Numbered from the stretch's first letter, positions 7,995 through 16,106 are shown. The stretch is 64,000 nt of DNA from Gemmatimonadales bacterium (GCA_036559745.1 DATBSO010000071.1:8331-72330); one strand, 5' to 3'. Notes: generated by a model from the letters alone, not told the origin. Numbers and translations are program-made.

Positions 7995-9335
7995 CTAGTC
8001 CGACTGCCCATCGAGAATGCGCTGCAGGCGCGGCCGCGAGATGCCGAGCCGGCGCGCCGCTTCGCTCTTGTTTCCACCGGTCAATTCCAGCATCGCGCGC
8101 GCGGCGGAGCGCACCAGCATATCGAGAGGCACGGGAAAGGGCAGCGTGCCTCTCGCATCCAGGTCCCGCTCGGGCGGCGGGACCAGCTCCTCGGCCCGCA
8201 AAGTCCCGCGCGGTGAGAGCACCAATGCGCGCTCCACGGCGTTCCGGAGCTCGCGGACGTTCCCCGGCCAGGGGTACGCGCGGAGGACCGCGCGGAGCTC
8301 AGGTGTGAGCGACGGTACCGGGAGTCCATAGGCCGTCGCGATGCGTGTGAGAAACGTCTGCGCCAGGATCTCGACATCGCCCTCCCGCTCCCGGAGCGGG
8401 GGCAACGTCAGGGTGACGACGTTGAGGCGGTAATAGAGATCTTCGCGGAACTCTCCCCGTCTCGAGGCCCCGCCCAGGTCGACGTGGGTCGCGCCGATCA
8501 CCCGGACGTCCATCGGGCGCCCGGCATGGCCGCCCACCCGCCTGATGGTGCGCGACTCGAGCGACCGCAACAGCTTGGGCTGCAGCTCGAGCGGGAGCGC
8601 GCCGATCTCATCCAGGAACAGGGTGCCCCCGTGCGCCAGCTCGAACAGCCCGGGTTTGGCGGCGATCGCACCGGTGAACGCGCCCTTTTCGTGACCAAAC
8701 AGCTCGCTCTCGAGCAACGCCGCCGGAATCGCGGCGCAATTGATTTCGACGAACGGCTGATCCGCCCGAGGACCGGCATAGTGGATTGCCCGCGCCAGCA
8801 GCTCCTTTCCCGTGCCCGTCTCGCCGCCGATCAGCACGGTGACGTCGCGATGCACCGCCACGCGGGCGGCCTGGTCCAGGGTCTGGCGGAGCGCGGGGCT
8901 TCTTCCGACGATCGCCTCGAAGCCGCTCGTGGTCCGCTCGATCTCTGCGAAGCGTCCCGCCTCCACCCGGCCGTTGGCCTGACGCGCCTCCCGCTCCAAC
9001 GAGCGGCGCAGCACGTCCATGTCCTCGGGTAGGGCGAAGTAGTCTCGCGCGCCTCGCTGGACGGCCGCGGCCGCCAGGCGGTGATCGGGAGACGCACCGA
9101 CGAGGTAGACCGGAGTCGCGCCCATTTGGATCTCCGCCAGAAGATCGACCGCCTGTCCTTCCGCTCCGCCCGCAAGCACGAGCACGGCCGAAATCTCCTC
9201 CGGAGGCTTGGGGTCTTCCTCCGGTCTCCACGGGGTGATGCTGGCGCCGAGCTCCCGGGCCAGCTCCGCGAGTGTCACGCGGAAGCTGTCCGAGAGCTCC
9301 ACCAGACCGAGGCGCCAGGCCTGCGCGGTCACCAA
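7995..9335 (-). CDS. sigma54-dependent transcriptional activator (NtrC-family EBP) with atypical receiver-like N-terminus
   Basis: AAA+ Walker A is GETGTGKE. The sigma54-contact loop is EKGAFTGA. The C-terminal HTH is GNKSEAARRLGISRPRL. The track start is a TTG at 9335, with a GTG at 9332 as an alternative. Confidence 0.9.
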   Translation of the reverse strand: MVTAQAWRLGLVELSDSFRVTLAELARELGASITPWRPEEDPKPPEEISAVLVLAGGAEGQAVDLLAEIQMGATPVYLVGASPDHRLAAAAVQRGARDYFALPEDMDVLRRSLEREARQANGRVEAGRFAEIERTTSGFEAIVGRSPALRQTLDQAARVAVHRDVTVLIGGETGTGKELLARAIHYAGPRADQPFVEINCAAIPAALLESELFGHEKGAFTGAIAAKPGLFELAHGGTLFLDEIGALPLELQPKLLRSLESRTIRRVGGHAGRPMDVRVIGATHVDLGGASRRGEFREDLYYRLNVVTLTLPPLREREGDVEILAQTFLTRIATAYGLPVPSLTPELRAVLRAYPWPGNVRELRNAVERALVLSPRGTLRAEELVPPPERDLDARGTLPFPVPLDMLVRSAARAMLELTGGNKSEAARRLGISRPRLQRILDGQSD

Positions 9336-9347
9336 TGGTCCGGGCGA

Positions 9348-10166
9348 TCAGGTATGATTCGGGCCATCCAGATTGCCACCGTTATCGTCCCCGTTCTGGT
9401 GGTGTTCGCCATCGTCGTGCTGACCATCATGATCCTCGTCCTCGAAGACGTCGAGCGCACGGCGGATGTTGTCCTGAACCATACTTTCGTTGGCCTGCCC
9501 GTCGGCGGCTGTCTGGGGATCGACGAGCAAGCCCCCGGCGTCGCGGAACCATGAGTCGAGATCGACGAACAGCGTAAGCTCGGTGGCCGCTGATTCGGCA
9601 ACGGTGAGTGCCGGGCTCAGGTGGATCTCCTCTTCCGCTGTGAGATCGCTCACGAAATCGAACGGCGTACCATCGTAGCTCCCGGCCACGTGGATGCTCA
9701 CGCCGGCGAAGTCGGGATTGGCCTGCAGGAACGCGGCATCGTCCGAGCTCGAAGGCGCGTGGATCTCGAACTCTACCTCGTCATAGGTCCCGGGCGAGAC
9801 GGTCACGCTGAACGCGCGGGCGGCGCCTCCGGTGCCGAGCGGCAGGCTGAGCAGCACTGGACCGAGCTCCAGCTTCTCGCACGCATCATCATTGGGCGAG
9901 TCGCCGCAATCAACAGTGGCCTCGCTCCGCTTGAGCTCGATCTCGCGCAGCACCAGGTCCACTTGGTCGATCACGAGCGTGTGGGTCCCGTCGGTGAACG
10001 TCTCCGGTGCGAGGACTGCCAGAGACGCCCCCGCCGCGCTGGCCGCCGCGCCGCGGGTGGCGAGGTTGAAGTTGATTTGCGGATCGCTGGTCGGACCGCC
10101 GCCGTCGCTGCATGCGGCAGTGAGTACGGCGAACGTCGTCAATACCGCGGGCGCGAAGCGAGACAT
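9348..10166 (-). CDS. secreted lipoprotein (tentatively DUF4382-like) with Asp/His-rich C-terminal tail
   Basis: MSRFAPAVLTTFAVLTAACSDGG is a signal peptide plus lipobox. AAGGAG lies 6 nt upstream of the ATG. The tail is DEDHDGQHDDGEHHQNGDDNGG. The family assignment is from memory only. Confidence 0.6.
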   Translation of the reverse strand: MSRFAPAVLTTFAVLTAACSDGGGPTSDPQINFNLATRGAAASAAGASLAVLAPETFTDGTHTLVIDQVDLVLREIELKRSEATVDCGDSPNDDACEKLELGPVLLSLPLGTGGAARAFSVTVSPGTYDEVEFEIHAPSSSDDAAFLQANPDFAGVSIHVAGSYDGTPFDFVSDLTAEEEIHLSPALTVAESAATELTLFVDLDSWFRDAGGLLVDPQTAADGQANESMVQDNIRRALDVFEDEDHDGQHDDGEHHQNGDDNGGNLDGPNHT

Positions 10167-10213
10167 CCTGAACTCCTTGAGGGATGAGGTCGGTGGTCGT
10201 TGACCCCTGGTAA

Positions 10214-10229
10214 GGCAACGCCCATGCCT
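10214..10229 (-). promoter_or_regulatory. sigma54 (-24/-12) promoter for the 10166-6330 operon
   Basis: The minus strand reads AGGCATGGGCGTTGCC, against the consensus TGGCACG-N4-TTGCW. GG and GC have the correct spacing (G-to-G 11 nt). The -12 element lies about 49 nt upstream of the ATG at 10166. Confidence 0.6.
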
Positions 10230-10280
10230 GTCTCGCCCGTTGGTATAACACTCTATTTGATAATTACTTAGACAGTGCGT

Positions 10281-10328
10281 GATAGGTTGGTAATCTCATA
10301 GCACTGTCACGTTCCGTTCCAACCTATC
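10281..10328. promoter_or_regulatory. perfect 10-bp inverted repeat GATAGGTTGG-N28-CCAACCTATC (candidate EBP upstream activating sequence or operator)
   Basis: Read directly: arms at 10281-10290 and 10319-10328 in an AT-richer intergenic region. The centre lies about 100 bp upstream of the predicted sigma54 transcription start for the minus-strand operon. It also lies about 45 nt upstream of the GTG start of the plus-strand SBP gene. Confidence 0.4.
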
Positions 10329-10372
10329 ATATCATGATGCACCATGGGGTGCACTCGAAACAAGGAGGATCG

Positions 10373-11986
10373 GTGGGACGCTCGACCGCCAGGCTCGCGA
10401 CTCTAATGATAGGACTAGGCATGACCCAGCCTGCGTGCACGAGGGAAGCCGAGCCCTGCGAGAAATGCGGTACCGTCGTCATCGCCGCGACCGGCGACCC
10501 GACCGCGATCTTTCCCCCGCTCGCCGGCGAGACCGTTGCCCGCGACATCGGGGACCAGGTCTACGAACGGCTTGCCGATCTGGCCCCGGGCGGCGCCCCC
10601 ATCGACAGCACCGCCTACCAGCCGAGACTCGCGAGCAGGTGGGAACGGTTGGACTCGGTGACGTGGCGGTTTCACCTTCGTCCCGGCGCTCGTTGGCAGG
10701 ATGGTCGCCCGGTGACGTCGGAAGACGTCCGATTCTCCTTTCGGGCCTTCAGTGATTCGGTCATCGACCCGCCGGCACGGTCGTATCTCGAGAATCGCAT
10801 CACCGTCGTGCCCGAGGACTCCTCCACGTTCGTCCTTCGCTTTGCCGCGCCTTCATCGGAACAGCTCTACGATGCCACCTATCATGTTCGCATCGTACCC
10901 AGCCATGTCTGGGCTTCCAAACCCAGTTCCTCCTGGACCGAGGACACGACGGTGGCCAATCTCGTCGGGAGCGGCCCTTATCGTGTAAGCGCCTGGCGGC
11001 GTGGCCAGTTCGTCACCCTCGATGCCGACACCACCGGCGGAAAGTCTCCGGCCATTCGCCGCGCGATCTGGCGGTTCGCGCCCGATCCCGATGCCGCGCT
11101 CAACCTCGTACTGAGCCACGAAGCCGATCTGCTGGAAACGGTCGGCAGTCCGGAGCGGGCGCTCCGGGTGGCCGCCGATACCACGCTTCGCCTCGTTCCC
11201 TACGCCGCCGCCGTTTATGGCTTTCTCGGTTTCAAGATCGCCGGCGCCGGCGACCGCCCACATCCGATCCTGTCCGATCGCGCGACGCGTCGAGCCCTCG
11301 CCGCTGCAATCGACCGGCGCACGCTCGCCCGCTCCCTGTTCGGCCCCGAAGCCAAGGCGCCGCCCGGGCCGATGTCGCAATTGCTGTGGATCTGGAATGA
11401 CAGTATCGCGACGATCGCGTTCGACACCGCGGCGGCGGCGGCGGCACTCGAGGAGGCGGGATGGCGCGCAGGAGGCGGCAAGGCTCGCACGCACGCGGGG
11501 AAGCCGCTGACGTTCGACATTCTCGTCCCCAGCACGAGCTCCGGCCGCAGACAGCTCGCGCTCTTGATGCAGGAGATGTGGCGACGGGTCGGTGTCGACG
11601 TGACGGTGACGGCGGTGGACTTCCCGGTCTTTCAGCAGCGGCTCGCGCGCGGACGTTTCGACGCGTACATCGGCGCCTGGCTGGATGAGCCGAGCCCTCG
11701 GGGCCTGGCGGACCAGTGGACCCGCGCGGGATGGGCGGCCCTCAATTACGGCCACTATTACAACCCGCACTTCGATGCACTCTTCGCGAAGGCAGATCGT
11801 GTTGCCGACGTGCCCAGCGCCAGAAGACTCTATCGCGAAGCGATGGACACCCTCAACGCCGACGCGCCCGGGATCTTTCTCTATGCCCCGGCCAATATCG
11901 CCGTGGTATCGCGCCGCATCGAGGGAGTGGATATCAACCCGTACGGATGGGCCAGTGGACTCCCGGCGTGGAGAGCCGTGCGGTAG
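10373..11986 (+). CDS. ABC transporter substrate-binding protein, family 5 (peptide/nickel type)
   Basis: The length and pattern fit family 5 (...WRFHLRPGARWQDGRPVTSEDVRFSF...). AAGGAGG lies 6 nt upstream of the GTG at 10373, which gives VGRSTARLATLMIGLGMTQPAC, a signal with lipobox. The track start at 10334 lacks an SD sequence. Confidence 0.8.
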   Translation: MGRSTARLATLMIGLGMTQPACTREAEPCEKCGTVVIAATGDPTAIFPPLAGETVARDIGDQVYERLADLAPGGAPIDSTAYQPRLASRWERLDSVTWRFHLRPGARWQDGRPVTSEDVRFSFRAFSDSVIDPPARSYLENRITVVPEDSSTFVLRFAAPSSEQLYDATYHVRIVPSHVWASKPSSSWTEDTTVANLVGSGPYRVSAWRRGQFVTLDADTTGGKSPAIRRAIWRFAPDPDAALNLVLSHEADLLETVGSPERALRVAADTTLRLVPYAAAVYGFLGFKIAGAGDRPHPILSDRATRRALAAAIDRRTLARSLFGPEAKAPPGPMSQLLWIWNDSIATIAFDTAAAAAALEEAGWRAGGGKARTHAGKPLTFDILVPSTSSGRRQLALLMQEMWRRVGVDVTVTAVDFPVFQQRLARGRFDAYIGAWLDEPSPRGLADQWTRAGWAALNYGHYYNPHFDALFAKADRVADVPSARRLYREAMDTLNADAPGIFLYAPANIAVVSRRIEGVDINPYGWASGLPAWRAVR

Positions 11987-11992
11987 GACTGT

Positions 11993-12968
11993 CTAAATCG
12001 CCGCGAACCAGCCCATGGCCCCATGCTCGGCCATCCCGCGCTGGTGAGGGTGGAACATGTACCTGCCGCGACGAGGAAGCCGGAACTCGATGATCGCCCG
12101 CTCGGCCTGCGCCAGCGTCACCACGTCCGTCCGCTCGTCCGGGACCACCCTGGTTCCGCTGCGGTAGACGTCGAAGGTCTCGGCATGGAGATGGAATGAG
12201 GCGACCGGGTCGCCACCCACCATGTTGAGCAGATACACCCGCACCAGCTCGCCCACCGGCACCTTGATCGGGAAACGCTGAAAGAAGCCGGCCACCCCGT
12301 TCCATCCGTAGAGCTCGTTACGCCCGTCGCCGTCGACGTCGAATCCGCTGAGGACGAGCGCGACCTCATGGGCAGGAGGCCTGGCGCGGGGTGGATCCAC
12401 TACCATGAGGCCGTAGAGTCCTCGCGAGATATGATCGGCCGCCGGCGTCGCGTCGCAGTGATAGGGATGGAGACCGAACGGGCCGGCGGTCATGTGATAG
12501 GTCGTTTCGCAGCCTGGAGGGACCGGTTCCCAGCCATCTTCGGATATCTCGTGTCGACCATGGAGGTGAAGATTGTGAGGGCGCGTGCCGAGGTTGCGGA
12601 GCCGGATCGCGAGCGAGTCCCCTTCGCGAGTCCTGAGCAACGGCCCCGGTATGGCCCCGTTGAAGGTCCACGCACCCAGGGTCACCCCCCGCGCCACCTC
12701 GACCGGCTGTTCGGACACCCAGAGATCGATCGCATGACGCGCCACGCCCCCCGCGGGACGGTGGCGGCAGGAGCGTCGCGCCATCGAGCGCATGAGGACC
12801 CAGGCCATCCGGCGGCACCGCGCCATGCGCGTAGTCCGCCGTGGGCAGGGGCCCGCGCGGGAGCGAGTCGGCGGCGGGGTGCCTGAGGCCGAGCAGCGTG
12901 ACACCGAGAGCGCCGGCACCAGCCCCCAGCGCCAGTCGCAACGCCTCGCGTCGGGTGACGTTCGACAT
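11993..12968 (-). pseudogene. Tat-exported two-domain cupredoxin protein (NirK/multicopper-oxidase family) with an apparent frameshift at a G6 run
   Basis: The frame starting at 12968 encodes a twin-arginine signal, MSNVTRREALRLALGAGAGALGVTLLG. The frame starting at 12919 encodes the cupredoxin domains (HNLHLHG, YHCDATPAADHISRGLYG, MFHPHQRGMAEHGAMG). That second frame looks non-protein-like before ...RHAIDLWVSEQ. The two frames meet at CCCCCC, 12747-12752 on the plus strand. Confidence 0.6.
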
Positions 12969-13513
12969 CAGAACGCCCCGTAGACCACGGTGGCCGCGGC
13001 CAGCACGGCGAGATACACGAGGATCGAAGAGAACAGTCCGCCCACCCAGGCTCGCGTCAGGCTTCGCTGCTGACCGCGGGCGCCCCAGGCACAGAGAAGA
13101 ATGAGAATCGGCGCAAGCCAGAACGTGGCGCTGCCCAGCAGCCGTCCGCCGATGCCGGGTGACCTGGTGCGATGGTTGGCCGCGCTCAGCTGCATATCCA
13201 GCGAGCGCTCCGCGCCGGGCGGCAGTTGCGCCTGGGCCAGATCGAAGCGCAGGCTCTCGAAGACCTTCATCGCCGGCTGGGCGGGCGCGGTCGCCGCGGA
13301 TGCCATGGTCGGTTGCGAGGGAGGTACCGGTTGGGAGCGCCAGTCAGGAAAAGTTCTCCGCTCGACCGTCAGGCCGCGATAGAAGACGTGGGAGAGGATC
13401 GGTAGCGGGTCGAGACCCAGCGGAAGGCGGAGCCCTCCGCACGGCTGGAGGAGCTGCACGCCGGCCGGTGCCCCGACCTCGTACCGGTTACCAACGCGGG
13501 GCGTCGGGAGCAT
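12968..13513 (-). CDS. hypothetical membrane protein, translationally coupled to the cupredoxin gene
   Basis: The ORF stop overlaps the ATG of the Tat-signal ORF (ATGTCGAAC.. / ..TGA). The C-terminus has two hydrophobic helices (FWLAPILILLCAW, LFSSILVYLAVLAAATVVYGAF). The start is uncertain: ATG at 13513, or the Pro-rich extension up to 13636. Confidence 0.45.
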   Translation of the reverse strand: MLPTPRVGNRYEVGAPAGVQLLQPCGGLRLPLGLDPLPILSHVFYRGLTVERRTFPDWRSQPVPPSQPTMASAATAPAQPAMKVFESLRFDLAQAQLPPGAERSLDMQLSAANHRTRSPGIGGRLLGSATFWLAPILILLCAWGARGQQRSLTRAWVGGLFSSILVYLAVLAAATVVYGAF

Positions 13514-13770
13514 GATGGATCCGTTCAGGGGGGACGGGGGCGGGAGAATATGCGGGCCGGTGGAGACTCCCGGAAGAGGTGGGTGCGGTGTGGAGACGAG
13601 GGGCGGGCTCAACAGGTGAGGGGGGTGCGCCACCATGGAACAGCGATCACACTGTATAATGAGGTGACATCAGTATTTTGGCGACCAATGACACAAACAT
13701 CTATATGAGCTAGTGGTTGCAAGATATGCAATATTTGGCAGTATCATTTTTTGACATAGTAAGCCCCCAA

Positions 13771-13786
13771 AGGCACAGACCTTGCC
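13771..13786 (+). promoter_or_regulatory. sigma54 (-24/-12) promoter upstream of lipoprotein + TPR/HD-GYP genes
   Basis: The plus strand reads AGGCACAGACCTTGCC, with GG at 13772-13773 and GC at 13784-13785 at correct spacing. It is nearly identical in pattern to the 10229-10214 element. The start codon at 13916 is about 120 nt downstream. Confidence 0.6.
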
Positions 13787-13915
13787 TTTACTCCCGGCGC
13801 AGCACCGTCCGCGTACCGACATCCCCGTTCCTTCGGCGGCCCGGGGATGTTCGGCGGCCCTCTTCGGAGGGCCGCGGTATCGTCGCAAGGCAAGGACCTC
13901 AACCGGGAGTATCGT

Positions 13916-14482
13916 ATGTGGAAGTGGACCAGGAAGGCCTCATTCCTCGTCCTTGGCCTTGTGATGCTCACGGCCGGGGTCAGCTGTACCTCCGAGGACA
14001 GCCTCGGGCCTTCGACTGATAATGTGGGTTCCGTGACGCCGGAGCAGAATGCGCTGCTCGCCGGGACAGTGAACAACCTGGCCAGCGCGCTGAAGAACCT
14101 GCACCTGCTCTCGTGCTCGACCCAGCCGTACGCGGTGACGACCAAGGTGGTCGGTCCACAGGGTGGTGTGATCGTTGTAGGGACCCATCGCCTCATCATC
14201 CCGGCCGGCGCGCTCAACCGCGCGGTCACCATCAAGGCCGAGCAGGTTCCCGGCAACGTCAACTCCGTGCGCTTCAGCCCGGAAGGCCTGCAGTTCTCCA
14301 GGCCCGCGACCGTCCAGCTCAGCTATAGCAACTGCTCGGTGCTCCTTGGCGTGCTCAAGCGCGTGGCCTACACCAATGAAGAGCTCAGGATTCTCGAGTT
14401 GATTCCGTCGCTCGACTTGACCAACCTGCGTACCGTCACCGGCACGGTCCGGCACTTCTCGAGGTACGCCGTCGCATGGTAA
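13916..14482 (+). CDS. hypothetical lipoprotein ending in HFSRYAVAW; paralog of 7343-7966
   Basis: ATG at 13916 preceded by GGGAG. MWKWTRKASFLVLGLVMLTAGVSCTSED is a signal peptide plus lipobox. It shares FSPEGLQFS...Y and FSRYA motifs with 7343-7966. Confidence 0.65.
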   Translation: MWKWTRKASFLVLGLVMLTAGVSCTSEDSLGPSTDNVGSVTPEQNALLAGTVNNLASALKNLHLLSCSTQPYAVTTKVVGPQGGVIVVGTHRLIIPAGALNRAVTIKAEQVPGNVNSVRFSPEGLQFSRPATVQLSYSNCSVLLGVLKRVAYTNEELRILELIPSLDLTNLRTVTGTVRHFSRYAVAW

Positions 14483-14489
14483 GGAGCAC

Positions 14490-16106
14490 GTGAGCTGGGA
14501 GCCACGATCGTCTTCCGCCGCGCGGTCGCCTGAGGAAACTCCGGCCGATCGCGCGGCGGAGTTATTGTCGAAGGCGATAACCAGCGAGCGTGCCGGCTCC
14601 GTCGAGGATGCGGTCGCGGGATATCGGGCGGCCATCGCGGAGGCGGAGCGCCTCGGCGACCAGCGGACCAACGCCGAGGCGCTGCGGCGACTGGCGGTGC
14701 AGCATCATCACCGTGGGGAGCGGGACGCCGCCCGCGAGCTCTCGCAGCGGAGCTATACGATCGCCACCGATCTCGGCGATGATGTCCTCGCGGGTGAGGC
14801 GCTCAACGTCCTCGCCGGTTTCGCCTTCGAGAGTGGCGCCATGAGCGACGCCCGCACCCGTTATCTCGAGGCGTTGGCTCTCGGCGGGTCCAATCCCCTG
14901 CTCCGCGGGCGCATCGAGCAGAACCTCGGCATCCTCGCCAACATCCAGGGTGACCACGGCGACGCGCTGATTCACTACCGGCGCTCCCTCGCCGCCTTCG
15001 AGAGCTCGGGCGAGGACAAGGGCTGCGCCATCGCCTTTCACAACCTCGGCATGGTGAGCGCCGACCGGCAGCTCTGGGAGGATGCCGACCGGTATTTCCG
15101 CCGGAGTCTGGAGATCACGAGACAGGTCGGTGATGTCCACCTCGAAGGCCTCTGTCTCCTCAACCACGCCGAAGTGCACGTCGCCCGCCAGCGGTTCGAG
15201 GAGGCGCGGGGCAACGCCGAGGCGGCGCTGGCCATCTTCGAGCAGCTGGGAGCCAGGCTCGACAAAGCCGACGTCTACAAGGTGCTCGGTGTGGTATACC
15301 GGGAAACCGGACGGCACGCCCTGGCGGAGTCGCGCCTGCGGGCGGCGATCGACCAGGCGGTGACGACGGGCTCGGTTCTGAGTGAGGCCGAAGCCTCGCG
15401 GGAGCTGGCGCGGCTGTATCAGACGATGGGCAGGAACCAGGAGGCGCTGCGCCTTCTGAGCGCCGCCCACCGGCTCTTCACCCGGCTCGATGCCCGGGTG
15501 GATCTCGTCGATGTGGCGTCGAAGGTCCACCGCCTGGAGGACACCTACCTGGCGGTGGTACGCGAGTGGGGACAATCAATCGAATCGGCGGACAGCTATA
15601 CGTTCGGCCACTGCGAGCGGGTCGCCACCTATGCGATCGCGGTGGCGGAGCAGTTGGGGAGCGACGAGAGCCAGCTCACCGCCATCCGGCTCGGCGCCTA
15701 TCTGCACGACGTCGGCAAGGTCAAGGTTCCGCACGAAATCCTGAACAAGCCGGGGCGACTCACCGATCAGGAGTTCGAGGTCATCAAGCAGCACCCCGTG
15801 TGGGGTATCGAGCTCCTGGCGACGATCGAGTTTCCCTGGGACATCAAACCCATGATCCGGTCCCACCACGAGAAATACGATGGAACCGGGTATCCCGACC
15901 GCATGCGCGGCGACGAGATACCGATCGCGGCTCAGATCGTGTGCATCGCGGACGTCTACGACGCGCTGACCACGACCCGGAGCTATCGCGGGGCGATGTC
16001 GAGGGAGGAGGCGCTCGGAAAAATGGAGGAGTCGCGCCACTGGTGGCGGCCCGACGTGTACGGCGCCTTCAGGCGATCGATGGAAATGGTTCCCCGAGCG
16101 GCGTGA
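14490..16106 (+). CDS. TPR-repeat protein fused to an HD-GYP domain (likely c-di-GMP phosphodiesterase)
   Basis: The GTG start is preceded by AAGGAG (14481-14486). The C-terminal domain contains HCERVA...YLHDVGKVKVP...HHEKYDGTGYPD, the HD and GYP signatures. The N-terminal ~330 aa are TPR-like. Confidence 0.88.
   Translation: MSWEPRSSSAARSPEETPADRAAELLSKAITSERAGSVEDAVAGYRAAIAEAERLGDQRTNAEALRRLAVQHHHRGERDAARELSQRSYTIATDLGDDVLAGEALNVLAGFAFESGAMSDARTRYLEALALGGSNPLLRGRIEQNLGILANIQGDHGDALIHYRRSLAAFESSGEDKGCAIAFHNLGMVSADRQLWEDADRYFRRSLEITRQVGDVHLEGLCLLNHAEVHVARQRFEEARGNAEAALAIFEQLGARLDKADVYKVLGVVYRETGRHALAESRLRAAIDQAVTTGSVLSEAEASRELARLYQTMGRNQEALRLLSAAHRLFTRLDARVDLVDVASKVHRLEDTYLAVVREWGQSIESADSYTFGHCERVATYAIAVAEQLGSDESQLTAIRLGAYLHDVGKVKVPHEILNKPGRLTDQEFEVIKQHPVWGIELLATIEFPWDIKPMIRSHHEKYDGTGYPDRMRGDEIPIAAQIVCIADVYDALTTTRSYRGAMSREEALGKMEESRHWWRPDVYGAFRRSMEMVPRAA

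Noticed and set aside
12366-12968. 200-aa ORF as an independent gene
   Set aside because: Only the first ~74 codons (the Tat signal and a short spacer) look protein-like. The rest is the out-of-frame read of the cupredoxin gene. I interpret it as the 5' part of a frameshifted gene, not a separate gene.
13700-13760. Additional sigma54-like strings: TGGTTGCAAGATATGCAA, TTGGCAGTATCATTTTTTGAC, and a TTGACA at about 13751
   Set aside because: The GG-to-GC spacing is off by one or more, or the -12 GC is absent. The TTGACA has no acceptable -10 element at 16-18 nt. The well-spaced element at 13771-13786 is the better candidate.
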